A program made the translations under genes and the position numbers. The notes below the pieces were generated by a model. It saw only the letters and a list, made by a program, of their open reading frames with translations. It ran no database searches and was not told the DNA's origin. Positions 1-10,745 of a stretch of DNA of 64,000 nucleotides are shown here, in pieces. Location: the NCBI GenBank assembly GCA_963745835.1, contig CAVUZH010000013.1, forward strand, positions 512,001-576,000, in the 5' to 3' direction. Position 1 is the first letter of the stretch, and every line of letters starts with the position of its first letter. The stretch is from an uncultured delta proteobacterium. GTDB lineage: Bacteria; Desulfobacterota; Binatia; UBA9968.

Positions 1-189
1 GTGATCCCTGTCAAGAATTAGGGGCCGATCCGCTGTACTTTCACCAAACTTCTTAAAGCTCACGCAGCCAGGCGCTCATCGCGCCTGCTGCTCTGCGCCT
101 CTTTCACCGAATCACCCTATCCAGTATGCTTGGAGGGGTTGTTTTTTCGAAGTAGCAGATTATAGATTTGACTGGAAGGGAGCTCTCGC

Positions 190-1125
190 ATGGCAATCAA
201 TATCGATTGGCATTCGCATCATACGGCGCCGGAAGTCTCCGATCGAATCAAAGACCTAACCGGTAAGCGTCCGCATATCGACGCCTTGGATTCACCGGAT
301 TTCTCCAAACGCGTCACGGAAATGGACGAAGCGGGTGTCGATTTGCAGCTCATTTGCCAGGGCGCCGGCGTTTATGCCGACCAAATGCCGCCGGAACAAG
401 CGCTCGAGATCGTGCGCATGTCGAACAACGTGCTTGCCGAGCGACTCGCTGGTTACAAAGATCGGTTGATGGGCGTCACGGCTTTGTCGCTAAAAAATAT
501 TGCCGCGTCCGTCGCGGAAATCGAACGTACGGCAAAACAAGGCTTTCGCGCTGTACTGCTCTATCCGCACGTCGACGGCAAGATGCTCGTGGACACGCCA
601 GAAATGGACCCGATCTTCGCAAAAATTTCCGAGCTCAACCTGCCGATCTTTCTGCACGGCGCCGGTACGGCGCAAGATCCATCCTTGGCGCGTCTCGAAG
701 ACGGCGGCGCGGGAGTCGCTTATGCGGTTCTGTCTGATGGTGAGGTCGCGGAGTGCTGCCTGCGCATGATTGCCAGCGGCTTGTTCGATCGTTATCCGAA
801 TCTAAAAATCGTTATCCGCAGCTCCGGCGGCGGTATACCGCTATTGCTTCATCGGTTTTTCTGGAAGCATAAAGGGCCTAGCGGGGAGCGGCGCTACTCG
901 GAAATTTTTCTTGAGCATTTTCTCATCGATTGCGCCAGCTCGGATGACCGGACACTGTCGTTCTTGATAGACAAGATGGGCGAAAACAACATGGTTTTTG
1001 GCTCTGACTACTGCGGCGGGCTCGACCGGCTGAACAGAAGTTTTAACGCCATCCTGGCGCAGCCCGATCCCGATCACATCAAAGGTTTTATGGAAAAAAA
1101 TTCCCGGCAGCTGTTACACATTTGA
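190..1125 (+). CDS. Amidohydrolase family protein (amidohydro_2, ACMSD/LigW-like)
   Basis: 311 aa; N-terminal DWHSH metal motif, PIFLH, late FGSDY; GGAAGGGAG RBS upstream. Confidence 0.8.
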   Translation: MAINIDWHSHHTAPEVSDRIKDLTGKRPHIDALDSPDFSKRVTEMDEAGVDLQLICQGAGVYADQMPPEQALEIVRMSNNVLAERLAGYKDRLMGVTALSLKNIAASVAEIERTAKQGFRAVLLYPHVDGKMLVDTPEMDPIFAKISELNLPIFLHGAGTAQDPSLARLEDGGAGVAYAVLSDGEVAECCLRMIASGLFDRYPNLKIVIRSSGGGIPLLLHRFFWKHKGPSGERRYSEIFLEHFLIDCASSDDRTLSFLIDKMGENNMVFGSDYCGGLDRLNRSFNAILAQPDPDHIKGFMEKNSRQLLHI

Positions 1126-1193
1126 CTTGGAGCTCGAGCCTCTACGGCTATTCGCCCGGGCGTGAACTGATGGTTGCACTCCAATGAAATCCT

Positions 1194-2423
1194 ATGGCAT
1201 CTCTGTATGACCTGACGATCATCGGCGGTGGCATTCTCGGTCTCGCCACCGCGTTGAAAATCACTGCCGTCCATCCCGGCCTGAGACTATTGCTGTTGGA
1301 GAAGGAACCGGATGTCGCGCGGCACCAAACCGGCAACAACAGTGGCGTGATCCATTCAGGCCTCTACTACCGACCGGGGTCGCTAAAAGCGCGCACCTGT
1401 GTTGCCGGACGCAGAGAGCTGATCCAATTCTGCGACGAGAACAACGTGCCCTATGAAATTTGCGGCAAGGTCGTCGTCGCCACGACTGACGAAGAGCTGC
1501 CGCGTTTGGAGGAATTGCGCCGCCGCGGAGAAGCCAACGGCCTGGGTGGACTCGAAACAATCGGCGCCGAGCGCTTAAAAGAGCTTGAGCCACACGCCAC
1601 GGGAATCAAAGGCCTCCACGTCCCGGAGACCGGGATCATTGACTACAAGAAAGTGGCCGCCGCATATGCCACTAAGATTCGCGATTCTGGCGGCGACATC
1701 CGGCTGTCGCAAAAAGTCGTAGGCATACTCGATCGGCCCGATGAAATCGTGCTGCAGACTTCCGGTGGGGATTATCGCACCAAGCATTTGATCAATTGTT
1801 GCGGACTGCAATCGGACTTGATTGCAAAAATGGCTCGCGGCGCTAATCAGGACCATGAGCCGGAGCACCGCATCATTCCGTTTCGGGGCGAGTATTACAA
1901 GATCGCGCCGGAACGGCAGTTCTTGGTAAAAAATCTGATTTATCCGGTTCCCGATCCGACTTTTCCATTCTTGGGTGTTCACTTCACGCGAATGGCCAAA
2001 GGCGGCGTGGAGGCGGGTCCTAATGCGGTGCTCGCTTACGCGCGCGAAGGTTACAGCCACAGGCAGATTAACCTGAACGATCTCTGGCAAACAGTTTCGT
2101 TCAGAGGATTTTGGGCGATGACCGGAAAATACTGGCAAACCGGTTTCGGCGAGCTTTACCGCTCACTCAGCAAAACAGCTTTCGTGCGCGCGTTGCAACA
2201 GCTGGTGCCCGAGATCCGCGCGAGCGATCTGGTTGCCGGCGGCGCCGGCGTGCGCGCCCAAGCGGTCTCAACCAACGGCGCGCTGGTGGATGACTTTGTG
2301 ATTAAACAAGGCCGTAACACTATTCACATCCTCAACGCCCCGTCGCCGGGTGCGACAGCCTCGCTCGCTATCGGCCGGCAGATCTGCGAGATGGCGGAAA
2401 AAAACTTCGACCTTAGAAACTAG
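1194..2423 (+). CDS. lhgO: L-2-hydroxyglutarate oxidase (FAD-dependent)
   Basis: GGGILG dinucleotide fold, HQTGNNSGVIHSGLYY, PFRGEYY, LIYPVPDP.FPFLGVHFT, NAPSPGATASLAIG. Confidence 0.9.
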   Translation: MASLYDLTIIGGGILGLATALKITAVHPGLRLLLLEKEPDVARHQTGNNSGVIHSGLYYRPGSLKARTCVAGRRELIQFCDENNVPYEICGKVVVATTDEELPRLEELRRRGEANGLGGLETIGAERLKELEPHATGIKGLHVPETGIIDYKKVAAAYATKIRDSGGDIRLSQKVVGILDRPDEIVLQTSGGDYRTKHLINCCGLQSDLIAKMARGANQDHEPEHRIIPFRGEYYKIAPERQFLVKNLIYPVPDPTFPFLGVHFTRMAKGGVEAGPNAVLAYAREGYSHRQINLNDLWQTVSFRGFWAMTGKYWQTGFGELYRSLSKTAFVRALQQLVPEIRASDLVAGGAGVRAQAVSTNGALVDDFVIKQGRNTIHILNAPSPGATASLAIGRQICEMAEKNFDLRN

Positions 2424-2482
2424 TTCAGCGTTGCGTTACACCTAATATCGCGCATCACTTCAGTAGCCTACCCTGCGCCTTC

Positions 2483-3547
2483 TCACTGCGCCGGCTTGAA
2501 GGTGTCGCGGAATAGGGTGACGTACTTGTCGAAGTCATCCATCACCGACTGCTCGAAAGGCAAAAGCTTGTATGGCTTCAGATAAGTCGCGGTCACATCC
2601 GGTCGGGTCGGAATTCGGCGGCTGGCGCGGATTGTTTCCATTCCCGAGCGGGACAAAAGAAAATCGTAAAACAACGCCGATGTGTAGACGTTTGCGCCCG
2701 TGCTGGTGATTGCCGCGGCGACCTTCGAAATCGGAATCACTCCGTCCAGAACTGCCCATTCTACCGGCGCGCCCTGGGCCTTGGCGCGCTCGACTGTGTG
2801 TACCTGAAGCTCGGAAGCGATGGGAAACTCGCCCGCCGCCATCAGCTGGCCGATCAGCGAATGGCCTTTGCGCCACTGTATCTGCTGGGCCGCGAGTTTT
2901 TTCATGTAATCCAGTGCCGCCTCCCTGCCGTCTCGCCGTTCCAAAAAGCGCAACGAAACGACGAACCAGTTATACGGCTCCGTATCCATAGCGATTGAAC
3001 CCTTCCATTTGGCGTTCAACAAATCTTTATAGGTTTTCGGCGCTCCATCTTTATTGACCATTTTGGTGTTGTAAGCCGCTACCCACGCTGATGTGTAAAG
3101 ACCCGTCCAATAACCGCCCGGATCTTTGGCTTCCTCAGGATAAATCGAGTTTTCCAAACCTTCATAACGCGCCAACAGCTTGCGTTTGATCATGATCGAC
3201 AGTTCCAGCTCGGGCAAGGCGACGACGTCGGCCTTGAAAGCATTGGCGCGCGCCTCGGCGAGAATCCGTTCGAGTAATTTCTCGCTCGACGAGCGCAAAT
3301 GCTGGACCTGGATCGACGGATGCTGCTCGTTGAATTTCTTAATCAAAGCCAGCGCATCTTCTGCGGTCGTGCTTGAATACCAGACCAATCCGCTCTCTTT
3401 TTTGCTTCCTTCGACAAGCCGCGCCTGTCGTTCCGCCGGCGGTAATTTCATCACAGCCGCAAGCACCGCCTGACGAGTTTGGGCATCTGCTATCACGGGC
3501 AAGCTGGTTAACGACAGATAGACAATTATCAACAACAAAGTTGGCAT
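2483..3547 (-). CDS. ABC transporter substrate-binding protein (Fe3+/AfuA-like)
   Basis: Signal peptide; LVWYSS, AYNTK..PKTYKDLL...WKG, GAPVEW; paralog of 55006-56073. Confidence 0.8.
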   Translation of the reverse strand: MPTLLLIIVYLSLTSLPVIADAQTRQAVLAAVMKLPPAERQARLVEGSKKESGLVWYSSTTAEDALALIKKFNEQHPSIQVQHLRSSSEKLLERILAEARANAFKADVVALPELELSIMIKRKLLARYEGLENSIYPEEAKDPGGYWTGLYTSAWVAAYNTKMVNKDGAPKTYKDLLNAKWKGSIAMDTEPYNWFVVSLRFLERRDGREAALDYMKKLAAQQIQWRKGHSLIGQLMAAGEFPIASELQVHTVERAKAQGAPVEWAVLDGVIPISKVAAAITSTGANVYTSALFYDFLLSRSGMETIRASRRIPTRPDVTATYLKPYKLLPFEQSVMDDFDKYVTLFRDTFKPAQ

Positions 3548-3738
3548 GTTGTCGCCTCCGATTTTGATCTGAAACGTTCGCGCGAATAGAAGCGCCAGAG
3601 TTCATAAAAAGCTGCCACTGAATTAGCCAGCTTCGCCGAGTCTGTCAACTACGAAGATCTTTGAATTCACGGCCAACCTTGATTTCCACTTGCTCGTCAA
3701 ATATCGTGGCGAGATATTCTGCGGAGGAAACCATCTGA

Positions 3739-4266
3739 ATGATCATCGAATATAAGGGCAAGAAACCGGCTGTGTCTCCCAAAGCCTTCATTGCGCCCAC
3801 CGCAGTGCTCATCGGTGACGTTAGCGTCGGCGACGATGCCAGCATCTGGTGGGGCGCGGTCCTACGCTCGGATCAGGGCGGCTATCCGATCGTGATCGGA
3901 TCGCGCACCAGTATTCAGGACAACTGCGTGATTCATTCGGGCGAAGCTGCCACGATCATCGAAGAAGACTGCACTGTGGGTCACGGCGCGATTATGGAAG
4001 GATGCGTAATCAAGCGCGGCGCCATAATCGGCATGAATTCCACAATTCTGGAAAATACCGAGATTGGCGAAGAATCGCTCATCGCCGCCGGCAGTGTCGT
4101 TGTTCCGCATACCAAAATCCCGCCGCGTGTTCTTGCCGCCGGCACGCCGGCGAAAGTGAAAAAGGAAATCGAAGGCGAAGCTCTCAAATGGATAAAGATG
4201 GGCGCATCGACTTACGTCGAACTCTGCCGCAGCTATCTCGGCGGCGACTACATAATCGTTGGCTAG
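3739..4266 (+). CDS. Gamma-carbonic anhydrase family protein (YrdA/CaiE-like)
   Basis: Hexapeptide repeats; AFIAPTAVLIGDV, IQDNCVIH, TVGHGA, AGTPAKVKKE; GGAGGA RBS. Confidence 0.9.
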   Translation: MIIEYKGKKPAVSPKAFIAPTAVLIGDVSVGDDASIWWGAVLRSDQGGYPIVIGSRTSIQDNCVIHSGEAATIIEEDCTVGHGAIMEGCVIKRGAIIGMNSTILENTEIGEESLIAAGSVVVPHTKIPPRVLAAGTPAKVKKEIEGEALKWIKMGASTYVELCRSYLGGDYIIVG

Positions 4267-4298
4267 TTTCCGAGATCATCGAACAGGGGGAAAAAAGC

Positions 4299-5213
4299 GT
4301 GCGCATCATCTTGATTGGACAAGCAGCGTTTGCGGAAAAGACTCTCGATAAACTGGTCAGTAACGGGGAAGAGGTGCTCGCCGTCTTTTGTTTTCCCGAT
4401 ACGCCCGGCGGAAAAATCGATCCCGTCAAGCAGAGGGCTCTTCAGCTGGGTATCCCGGTGCATCAACACAAAACGCTCAAAACGCCTGAAGTCACCGAGC
4501 AGTTTGTTTCTCTCAAGGCAGACTTGGCGATCCTGGCATTTGTCAGCCAGATCATTCCCCCGCCGGTATTCAATGCGCCGCGCCTCGGCAGTATTTGTTA
4601 TCATCCTTCCTTGTTGCCCAAATACCGCGGCAGGACCGCGATCAATTGGGCCCTGATCCGCGGAGAAACCGTGACCGGTTTGACAATTTTTTGGTTGGAC
4701 AAGGGCATCGATACAGGGCCCATCCTCCTGCAAAAAGAAGTGCGGGTTGAACCGGACGATACCACCGGCACGTTATACTTCAACAAACTGTTCCCCATGG
4801 GAATTGAAGCGATCGGCGAAGCGGTGGACCTGATTAAAGCCGGCAATCCGCCGCGGATTGTGCAAGACGAATCAAAGGCGACATACGATCCGCCGTGCGG
4901 CGACGAACACGCGAAGATCGATTGGTCCAAACCGGCTCAGGAAGTTTATAATTTAATCCGTGGGTGCGATCCCCAGCCTGGCGCGCACACGACCTACCAG
5001 GATAAAACTTTGCGCCTCTTCGACACCCGGCTACAGAAGAACCCAAACGGCGCCGAACCGGGCCAAGTTACCGGTATCGGCGCCGAAGAGATCACCATAG
5101 CGGTCACCGGCGGCACGCTGACGGTCAAGAGAGTGCGCGGCGAATCCGGAAAAATCAGCGGCGCGGAATTCGCCAAGCAGGTTGATTTGAAAGTCGGTGA
5201 TCGGCTTGAGTGA
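4299..5213 (+). CDS. Methionyl-tRNA formyltransferase-like / formyl-THF-dependent protein
   Basis: GTG start at 4299 (MRIILIGQAAF); YHPSLLPKYRG, D.GIDTGPILLQ, NLIRGCDPQPGA; ORF-track extension to 3849 overlaps the gamma-CA gene and is spurious. Confidence 0.85.
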   Translation: MRIILIGQAAFAEKTLDKLVSNGEEVLAVFCFPDTPGGKIDPVKQRALQLGIPVHQHKTLKTPEVTEQFVSLKADLAILAFVSQIIPPPVFNAPRLGSICYHPSLLPKYRGRTAINWALIRGETVTGLTIFWLDKGIDTGPILLQKEVRVEPDDTTGTLYFNKLFPMGIEAIGEAVDLIKAGNPPRIVQDESKATYDPPCGDEHAKIDWSKPAQEVYNLIRGCDPQPGAHTTYQDKTLRLFDTRLQKNPNGAEPGQVTGIGAEEITIAVTGGTLTVKRVRGESGKISGAEFAKQVDLKVGDRLE

Positions 5214-5290
5214 TTTCACGAGCACAGCCTTTCACGCGAGGGTTCACGGGTCTAACTGAGTTCCCGCAAGTACTCTGGAAGCGGACACGC

Positions 5291-6313
5291 ATGAGATTGT
5301 CAGTACTCGATCAATCAACCGCGTCCAAGGATAGAACGCAGGACACTGCGATTCGTGAGACGCTCGAGCTTGCGCGACACTGCGACGCGTTGGGTTATCA
5401 TCGTTACTGGGTGTCGGAACATCACAACTCCGGCACCATCGCCGGCACCGCGCCCGAGATACTCATGGCCGCGATTGCGGCCACCACGGCTCGTATCCGC
5501 ATCGGCAGCGCCGGTATTATGCTGCCGCACTATTCCGCGCTGAAAGTTGCCGAGCAATTCCGCGTTTTGGAGGCCATCGCGCCGGGTCGCATCGATTTGG
5601 GAGTTGGACGCGCCCCCGGATCGGACCAGATGACGTCATACGCGCTCAATCCAAATCCGCAGAACGTCCTCGACCAATTTCCCCGACAAGTTCAAGAGCT
5701 GCAACACTGGGTATCGGGGACTCCCCTGCCTGAGGGTCATCCCTTCAGAACGGTCGTCGCGCAGCCCACCGGTCCAAGCAGCCCTGACCTATGGATTCTC
5801 GGCAGCTCGGACTACGGCGCTCAGCTCGCCGCCTATTTTGGCCTGCCTTACGCGTTCGCTTATTTTTTCAGCGAGGGCACCGGCGTGGAGCAAGCGCTCG
5901 AGCTTTATCGCAAGAACTATCGCCCGAGTGAAAATAATCCCAAGCCGATCGCGACGATTTGCGTCTGGGCGCTGGCGGCAGTTACGGAACAAGAAGCCTT
6001 GCATCAGTTAAAGACCCGCGAACGCGCGATTATCGATCGCAGACAAGGCATCCGTTTACCGCTTATGCCGCCCGAGGAAGCAGAGCGGCCATATTCTTCC
6101 GCGGAGATGGCAACTGCGCAGAAGCTTCGCCGCAAGGCGATTGTCGGCTCCAAAGAACAGGTTGCCGAGCGACTGAAAGAACTTGCAAAGAGTTTAGAAC
6201 TTGACGAACTGGTCGTAGTCACATGGACTTACGATCCGGCTCCGCGCCATCGCTCTTACGAGCTACTGGCGCAAGCTTTTGCGCTGGAACAAACAGACCG
6301 TCATTCGGCGTAG
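5291..6313 (+). CDS. LLM-class flavin-dependent oxidoreductase (YhbW-like)
   Basis: MRLSVLDQS, RYWVSEHHN, GSAGIMLPHYSALKVAEQF, GRIDLGVGRAPG, WILGSS. Confidence 0.9.
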   Translation: MRLSVLDQSTASKDRTQDTAIRETLELARHCDALGYHRYWVSEHHNSGTIAGTAPEILMAAIAATTARIRIGSAGIMLPHYSALKVAEQFRVLEAIAPGRIDLGVGRAPGSDQMTSYALNPNPQNVLDQFPRQVQELQHWVSGTPLPEGHPFRTVVAQPTGPSSPDLWILGSSDYGAQLAAYFGLPYAFAYFFSEGTGVEQALELYRKNYRPSENNPKPIATICVWALAAVTEQEALHQLKTRERAIIDRRQGIRLPLMPPEEAERPYSSAEMATAQKLRRKAIVGSKEQVAERLKELAKSLELDELVVVTWTYDPAPRHRSYELLAQAFALEQTDRHSA

Positions 6314-6472
6314 TCGGTTAGTCGATATTTGTCTGACCCGTGTCAAGACACGCACATAAGCGAAAAGAAGATTGACATGTTAGAAGATTGGCGTTTACTC
6401 TCGCCCACTGACAGCGTGACGTTCAGGGGCGCGCGCTCTTTGGATTCAATCGACAACTCAGGAGGTGTTTCC

Positions 6473-7099
6473 ATGATGACTCTCTATTTCAGTCCTGGCG
6501 CTTGTTCGTTGGCTTCTCATATCGGTCTTGAAGAAGCCGGCGCGCCATACGAGATCAAGCCTATCCTGCTGGCCAAAGGGCAGCAGAGAACCGAGGATTA
6601 TTTGAAGATCAACCCGCGCGGGAAAGTCCCGGCGCTCAGCGTGGACGGCAAAATTCTGGTCGAGAACACGGCGATCCTCACATACCTCGGAAGGCGTTTT
6701 CCCGAAAAACGGCTGATGCCAACGGATCCGGCCGAAGAGGCGCGCTGCATTGGGACCATGTGTTGGTTCTCAAGCGTCGTGCATCCCTCGTACCAACGGT
6801 TTCATCGGCCTGAGCGTTTCGCCGAAAGCGAAGCCGCGCACGCCGGGGTCAAGGAAAACGGGCGGAAGTTGTTCTGGGCCAATCTCCAGGAGATCGACTC
6901 CATGATTCAAGCAAATAATTGGGTCATGGGCCCCGAGTTCACCGCCGTCGATCCCTACGCCCTGGTTTTCTACGGCTGGGGCGAACGGAGCGGATTTCCC
7001 ATGAAAGAGCTCAGCGCCTACACGGCGTGGCAGGAGCGCATGATGAAGCGCCCGACGGTTAAGAAAAGTGTCGAGAGCGAACAGAAAGCCGCGACATAA
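6473..7099 (+). CDS. Glutathione S-transferase (beta-class-like)
   Basis: LYFSPGACSLASHI, INPRGKVPAL, ENTAILTYL; AGGAGG RBS at 6460. Confidence 0.9.
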   Translation: MMTLYFSPGACSLASHIGLEEAGAPYEIKPILLAKGQQRTEDYLKINPRGKVPALSVDGKILVENTAILTYLGRRFPEKRLMPTDPAEEARCIGTMCWFSSVVHPSYQRFHRPERFAESEAAHAGVKENGRKLFWANLQEIDSMIQANNWVMGPEFTAVDPYALVFYGWGERSGFPMKELSAYTAWQERMMKRPTVKKSVESEQKAAT

Positions 7100-7347
7100 T
7101 GTGATGACCGAACTCGGCGGGCAACAAGGATGACAACCGTTGGCGGCACCGAACAGGGGCCGGAATTCACCGTTCGACCAGCCATTGCTTCAGCTTAACG
7201 GTTCAGCCGCAGATCTTTCACCGAGTCAATCCTGCTTGCAGTAAAGTGGCGACGTCGATCGTATGTCATGCACAGCTCGGCCAAGTATCATTGCTGGCCC
7301 GAGATGCTGAAACCGCTGAACGCGCGACTTGAAGTCAGCGTTTCATC

Positions 7348-7812
7348 ATGTCCGAACCGCAGCGAACTCATCCGCTTGCAAGCATGACCGGGCTGTTTGC
7401 GCTGGTCGTCTGGTCTTTTTACGCGCTGTACGCTGCGTTTAGTTATCCGGCGAGCCTTACCTCGGTGCGCGTCGCCGCCTGCTTCGGCTTGATCGCTTGC
7501 CTGGCCGTGATCTTTAATTTCGCCTATTGGCGTGCCGCGGTTTTACTGGCTTCATTTGTTTATTTGCTGCTCTACGTGATCCGCATCGTTCGCATGACGG
7601 CGATCGCCAACCACCTGTCATTTTTCTCCGGGCTTTCCTTCTATTACAGCATTTCATGGCGGGTGACTGCCGGCTCGTTCGAAGAGAAAGCTCTGCTGGG
7701 CGGCTTACTCCATGCTTATCTGGAATTCGTCATGCCCGTGCTGGACGTCGGTCTCATCCTGGTTATCCTCATATCCTCGCGACACAAGCGCAGCATTTCG
7801 TCAATCGACTGA
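7348..7812 (+). CDS. Hypothetical membrane protein (about 4 TM)
   Basis: 154 aa with four hydrophobic segments and a basic C-tail; no recognised motif. Confidence 0.55.
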   Translation: MSEPQRTHPLASMTGLFALVVWSFYALYAAFSYPASLTSVRVAACFGLIACLAVIFNFAYWRAAVLLASFVYLLLYVIRIVRMTAIANHLSFFSGLSFYYSISWRVTAGSFEEKALLGGLLHAYLEFVMPVLDVGLILVILISSRHKRSISSID

Positions 7813-8081
7813 CACAGAGAAAGAGATACCGCGGTTTTGAGCGTGATCGAGTTCTCTGAGCATACCGGCCGAGCCAAATCCCCGGAAGCCAAACTGCCGG
7901 CCAAAAATTCCTGCCAATCGTCAGAAGCCGCAATTACGAAATTATCACCGATTTGTTTGTTGCAACGACACGCCTATTCACATTGATCGTGCGATTGACC
8001 AACGGTCGGTTCGACGGTATAGCTCTCATAAGCGATCCATCTCGCTTTCGTCTTCGTGCTCATGGTAAATTCGTGCTCTCC

Positions 8082-8672
8082 ATGTTTTCGCTGCTGTTCT
8101 TCTTTAGTACGACCGCGCTGATCTTGGCTCAGGCGCCTGCCACGGCGGCGGCGTCCACTAGCGATGCGTCGGCGAAGAAACTCAACTGGGACGAAAAATT
8201 CGAGGGCGTGGTCCACGACGCCAACAACATCGCTGGGTTTGTCGCCGAGTACCGTTGGCTGAGTAATTATTACCTCTGCAGAGTCGAATGGGACGGCCGC
8301 GTCTACGGCTCGGCGGAGGCGGCCTACCATTCGGGCAAGTATCCGGTGGCGGACCGTGACGTGTTCACTCGGCTCGATCCCGATCCGGCGCGAAAACTGT
8401 CGCGCACCAAACGCTATGACACCGCGGCCTGGGAGATCCGCAAGGTGTCGACGATGCGCGCGGTCGTATGGGCAAAATTTTCGCAGAATCCGGAGCTTGC
8501 GACAAAGCTCCTGGCGACCGGAAGCCGCCACCTTGAGGAAACCAATTGGTGGGGTGATAAAATTTGGGGCGTTTACCGAGGCGAAGGGCAGAACCTCCTT
8601 GGCAAAATCATAATGGAAACCCGCGCCCGGCTCGCAAGGGCGAGCACCGCTGCACCGGTCAGAACGAAATGA
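8082..8672 (+). CDS. NADAR (YbiA-like) family protein with a hydrophobic/Ala-rich N-terminal extension
   Basis: WLSNYY, Y.SAEAAY..K, KFSQNPEL..KLLATG, E.NWWGD.IWG, GQNLLGKIIMETR; start uncertain (ATG 8082 chosen). Confidence 0.85.
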   Translation: MFSLLFFFSTTALILAQAPATAAASTSDASAKKLNWDEKFEGVVHDANNIAGFVAEYRWLSNYYLCRVEWDGRVYGSAEAAYHSGKYPVADRDVFTRLDPDPARKLSRTKRYDTAAWEIRKVSTMRAVVWAKFSQNPELATKLLATGSRHLEETNWWGDKIWGVYRGEGQNLLGKIIMETRARLARASTAAPVRTK

Positions 8673-8839
8673 TCCGCCGCCCGCGCGGCACCCTCTTTAC
8701 CTTCGTCCGCGTCGAGGGTAATCACATCCAGTGGTAGCCGGTCTGTCCTGGAGTATGAGTTGAGCACGAACACCGAACGGCCATTGAGCTGCCGTAATTG
8801 AGTCAAGTCTACGAGGCTTGTCGGCAGCCGCTCAGCTCG

Positions 8840-10288
8840 CTAGGGTAACGGCGTCTTCAGTCCCAGCTCGTCGGCCACCGCGTGCTCGACGACCGTGCCT
8901 TTGAAGAAATCCAGATTGTTGCGCGTGTGTAGGCGCGCGGCGTTGCTAAACGTGAATTCCCGGAAATCCTGCTCGGTCACGAAGCCTTTTTCGATCAGCT
9001 CGAACGCTTCAGGCATCACCTGCCTGAAATCGGGCACGTCGAAATGCGTGAAGTCGGAGCTGAACACCGGCCGAAGCCGGACGCCCATGCGCGGATCGAA
9101 GGCCCACATCGTTGCGCGATCGTCCGCCTCGCAGCCGAAGTAAAAGTTGTTAGAGAATACCGCGCGCACATCCTCCTTTGAGTTGATTCCTGCGGCTTCA
9201 AAATCATCGGCAACATGCTCAGGCCGGCTCAGCTCTTCCAGGCTGCACTCGGGGCGGAATGCGTCCAAGTTGTTCATGATCGCGGCGGCGTTGGCTTTCA
9301 GTCTTTGATCGCCATATCGGTCGATCAGCCGGTGCATCTCGGCAGTGCTTGTTGCGCTCGGATACTGCAGCCCATCACGGCGGCGCTTCTCCCAGTGTTC
9401 GATTAAGTCGAGACACAACTGACAGGCCCAGCTTACGCCGCCTTCCATGAAGCCGAAATTGAGGGTTGGGTAGCGGCGCGCGAGGCCACCCAGAAAGACA
9501 CCGCGGGCGAAGGCGTGATTTGATTCGGCAAAGTGGCCGACGTGATTGTAGGTGAAATTGCTGATCGAGGCGCGATCCTGCCAACGGCCGCTGCCGGCGT
9601 GTTGAGTTACGGCCACGCCGAGCTCGACGCAGCGCCGCCAGAGCGGCTCATAGTCGTAGGGGCTGTCGAGAGCAATGGTATCGATGTACCAGGCGGCCTT
9701 CTGCCGGTCGATTCCCTCCGCCGCGCTTGGGATCGGTCGCTCCTCGTTGCCGCGCAGCATGATCGCTTTGAAACCTCGCTCTCTAACGGCGTATTCCAAC
9801 TCCTCAAGAGCTTCGTCCGGCGTATGGGAGGGAATCATCGCTACCGGCGCAAACCTTGCGGCAAATGGCGCGAACATATCAGCCGTCATCATGTTGTAGG
9901 CACGGATGGCGGCCCTGTGCAGGTCGTCCTGAGCAATGCCGTTGATGCTGAGCCCGAAGCTCGGATAGATCAACGCGAAATCGATACCCAATTCGGGCAG
10001 ACGCTCATTCAACAAAGCCGGCAGCAGCGCCGTGGCTTTATCGAGCGTATTGCTGGTCACACCCCACCAGATCGTGCGACGCAGACGTTTGTGCTGCCGT
10101 TCCGACCAGGTCGCTCCATACCAACTTTGATTGCGCTGCCACAGCCCTCTAATTTGATCGACAGATCCAGCGCCGCCTACTTCGCGGAGGTATTCGAGAA
10201 AGATCGGAATCGGCTCCATCCAGTGTCCGTCACCGTCGATCACCGGATGCTTGAGCGCATCGTGTATTTCTGCTGCTCGATTTTCCAT
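8840..10288 (-). CDS. Amidohydrolase family protein
   Basis: VIDGDGH motif, YNHVGHFA, FMEGG, FYFGCEADD, FSSDFTHFD; AGGAG RBS before ATG 10288. Confidence 0.85.
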   Translation of the reverse strand: MENRAAEIHDALKHPVIDGDGHWMEPIPIFLEYLREVGGAGSVDQIRGLWQRNQSWYGATWSERQHKRLRRTIWWGVTSNTLDKATALLPALLNERLPELGIDFALIYPSFGLSINGIAQDDLHRAAIRAYNMMTADMFAPFAARFAPVAMIPSHTPDEALEELEYAVRERGFKAIMLRGNEERPIPSAAEGIDRQKAAWYIDTIALDSPYDYEPLWRRCVELGVAVTQHAGSGRWQDRASISNFTYNHVGHFAESNHAFARGVFLGGLARRYPTLNFGFMEGGVSWACQLCLDLIEHWEKRRRDGLQYPSATSTAEMHRLIDRYGDQRLKANAAAIMNNLDAFRPECSLEELSRPEHVADDFEAAGINSKEDVRAVFSNNFYFGCEADDRATMWAFDPRMGVRLRPVFSSDFTHFDVPDFRQVMPEAFELIEKGFVTEQDFREFTFSNAARLHTRNNLDFFKGTVVEHAVADELGLKTPLP

Positions 10289-10372
10289 GGTCACCGCTCC
10301 TCTCGCTAGTCTCTTTTCTCTTTTAGCGACTAGCCAGTAAGTCGTCAATCGCAATTGCCTGGAACAAAGATG

Positions 10373-10580
10373 CGTTCCAACCGTTCCACCGCTGCGCTCC
10401 GTTCCAGTCGTTCCAATCGTCTAATGAAACAACTTTGTTTTCGTGCGTTGAACGACTTGAACGATTGAAACCAAGCAGCGATTGCCACGACTGGAACCGT
10501 TGGAACGGTGAAACGGCTTGAATCCCTGGAACGAGCCTAGCGAATCGGACTTGAACCTTTAAAGGTCGAACCTTTGAACC
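10373..10580. repeat. TTGAAC/TTGGAAC short-period repeat element R1 (GTTCCA arm facing TGGAAC arm)
   Basis: cgttccaa-ccgttcca...cgttccagt-cgttccaat (10373-10419), then ttgaacgac-ttgaacga...ctggaaccg-ttggaacgg...ttgaacct...ttgaacc (10448-10580). Confidence 0.8.
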
Positions 10581-10745
10581 CCGGTAGGTGACTTCATCTT
10601 GTTTCTAGTGCCTTGGAGTCGTGGCGCAACAATTTTCCTTTACGAGCCAAATTGGAATGAAAATCGGCAAGGATAAGTTAAAACTTGATTGTTTTCAGCC
10701 ATTCGGGATAAAACGCTATGCGTTACCATGTTTCTGAGACGTGGT

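Noticed and set aside
3849-4298. 150-aa N-terminal extension of the formyltransferase overlapping gamma-CA
   Set aside because: Arg-rich off-frame read-through; family homology starts at GTG 4299.
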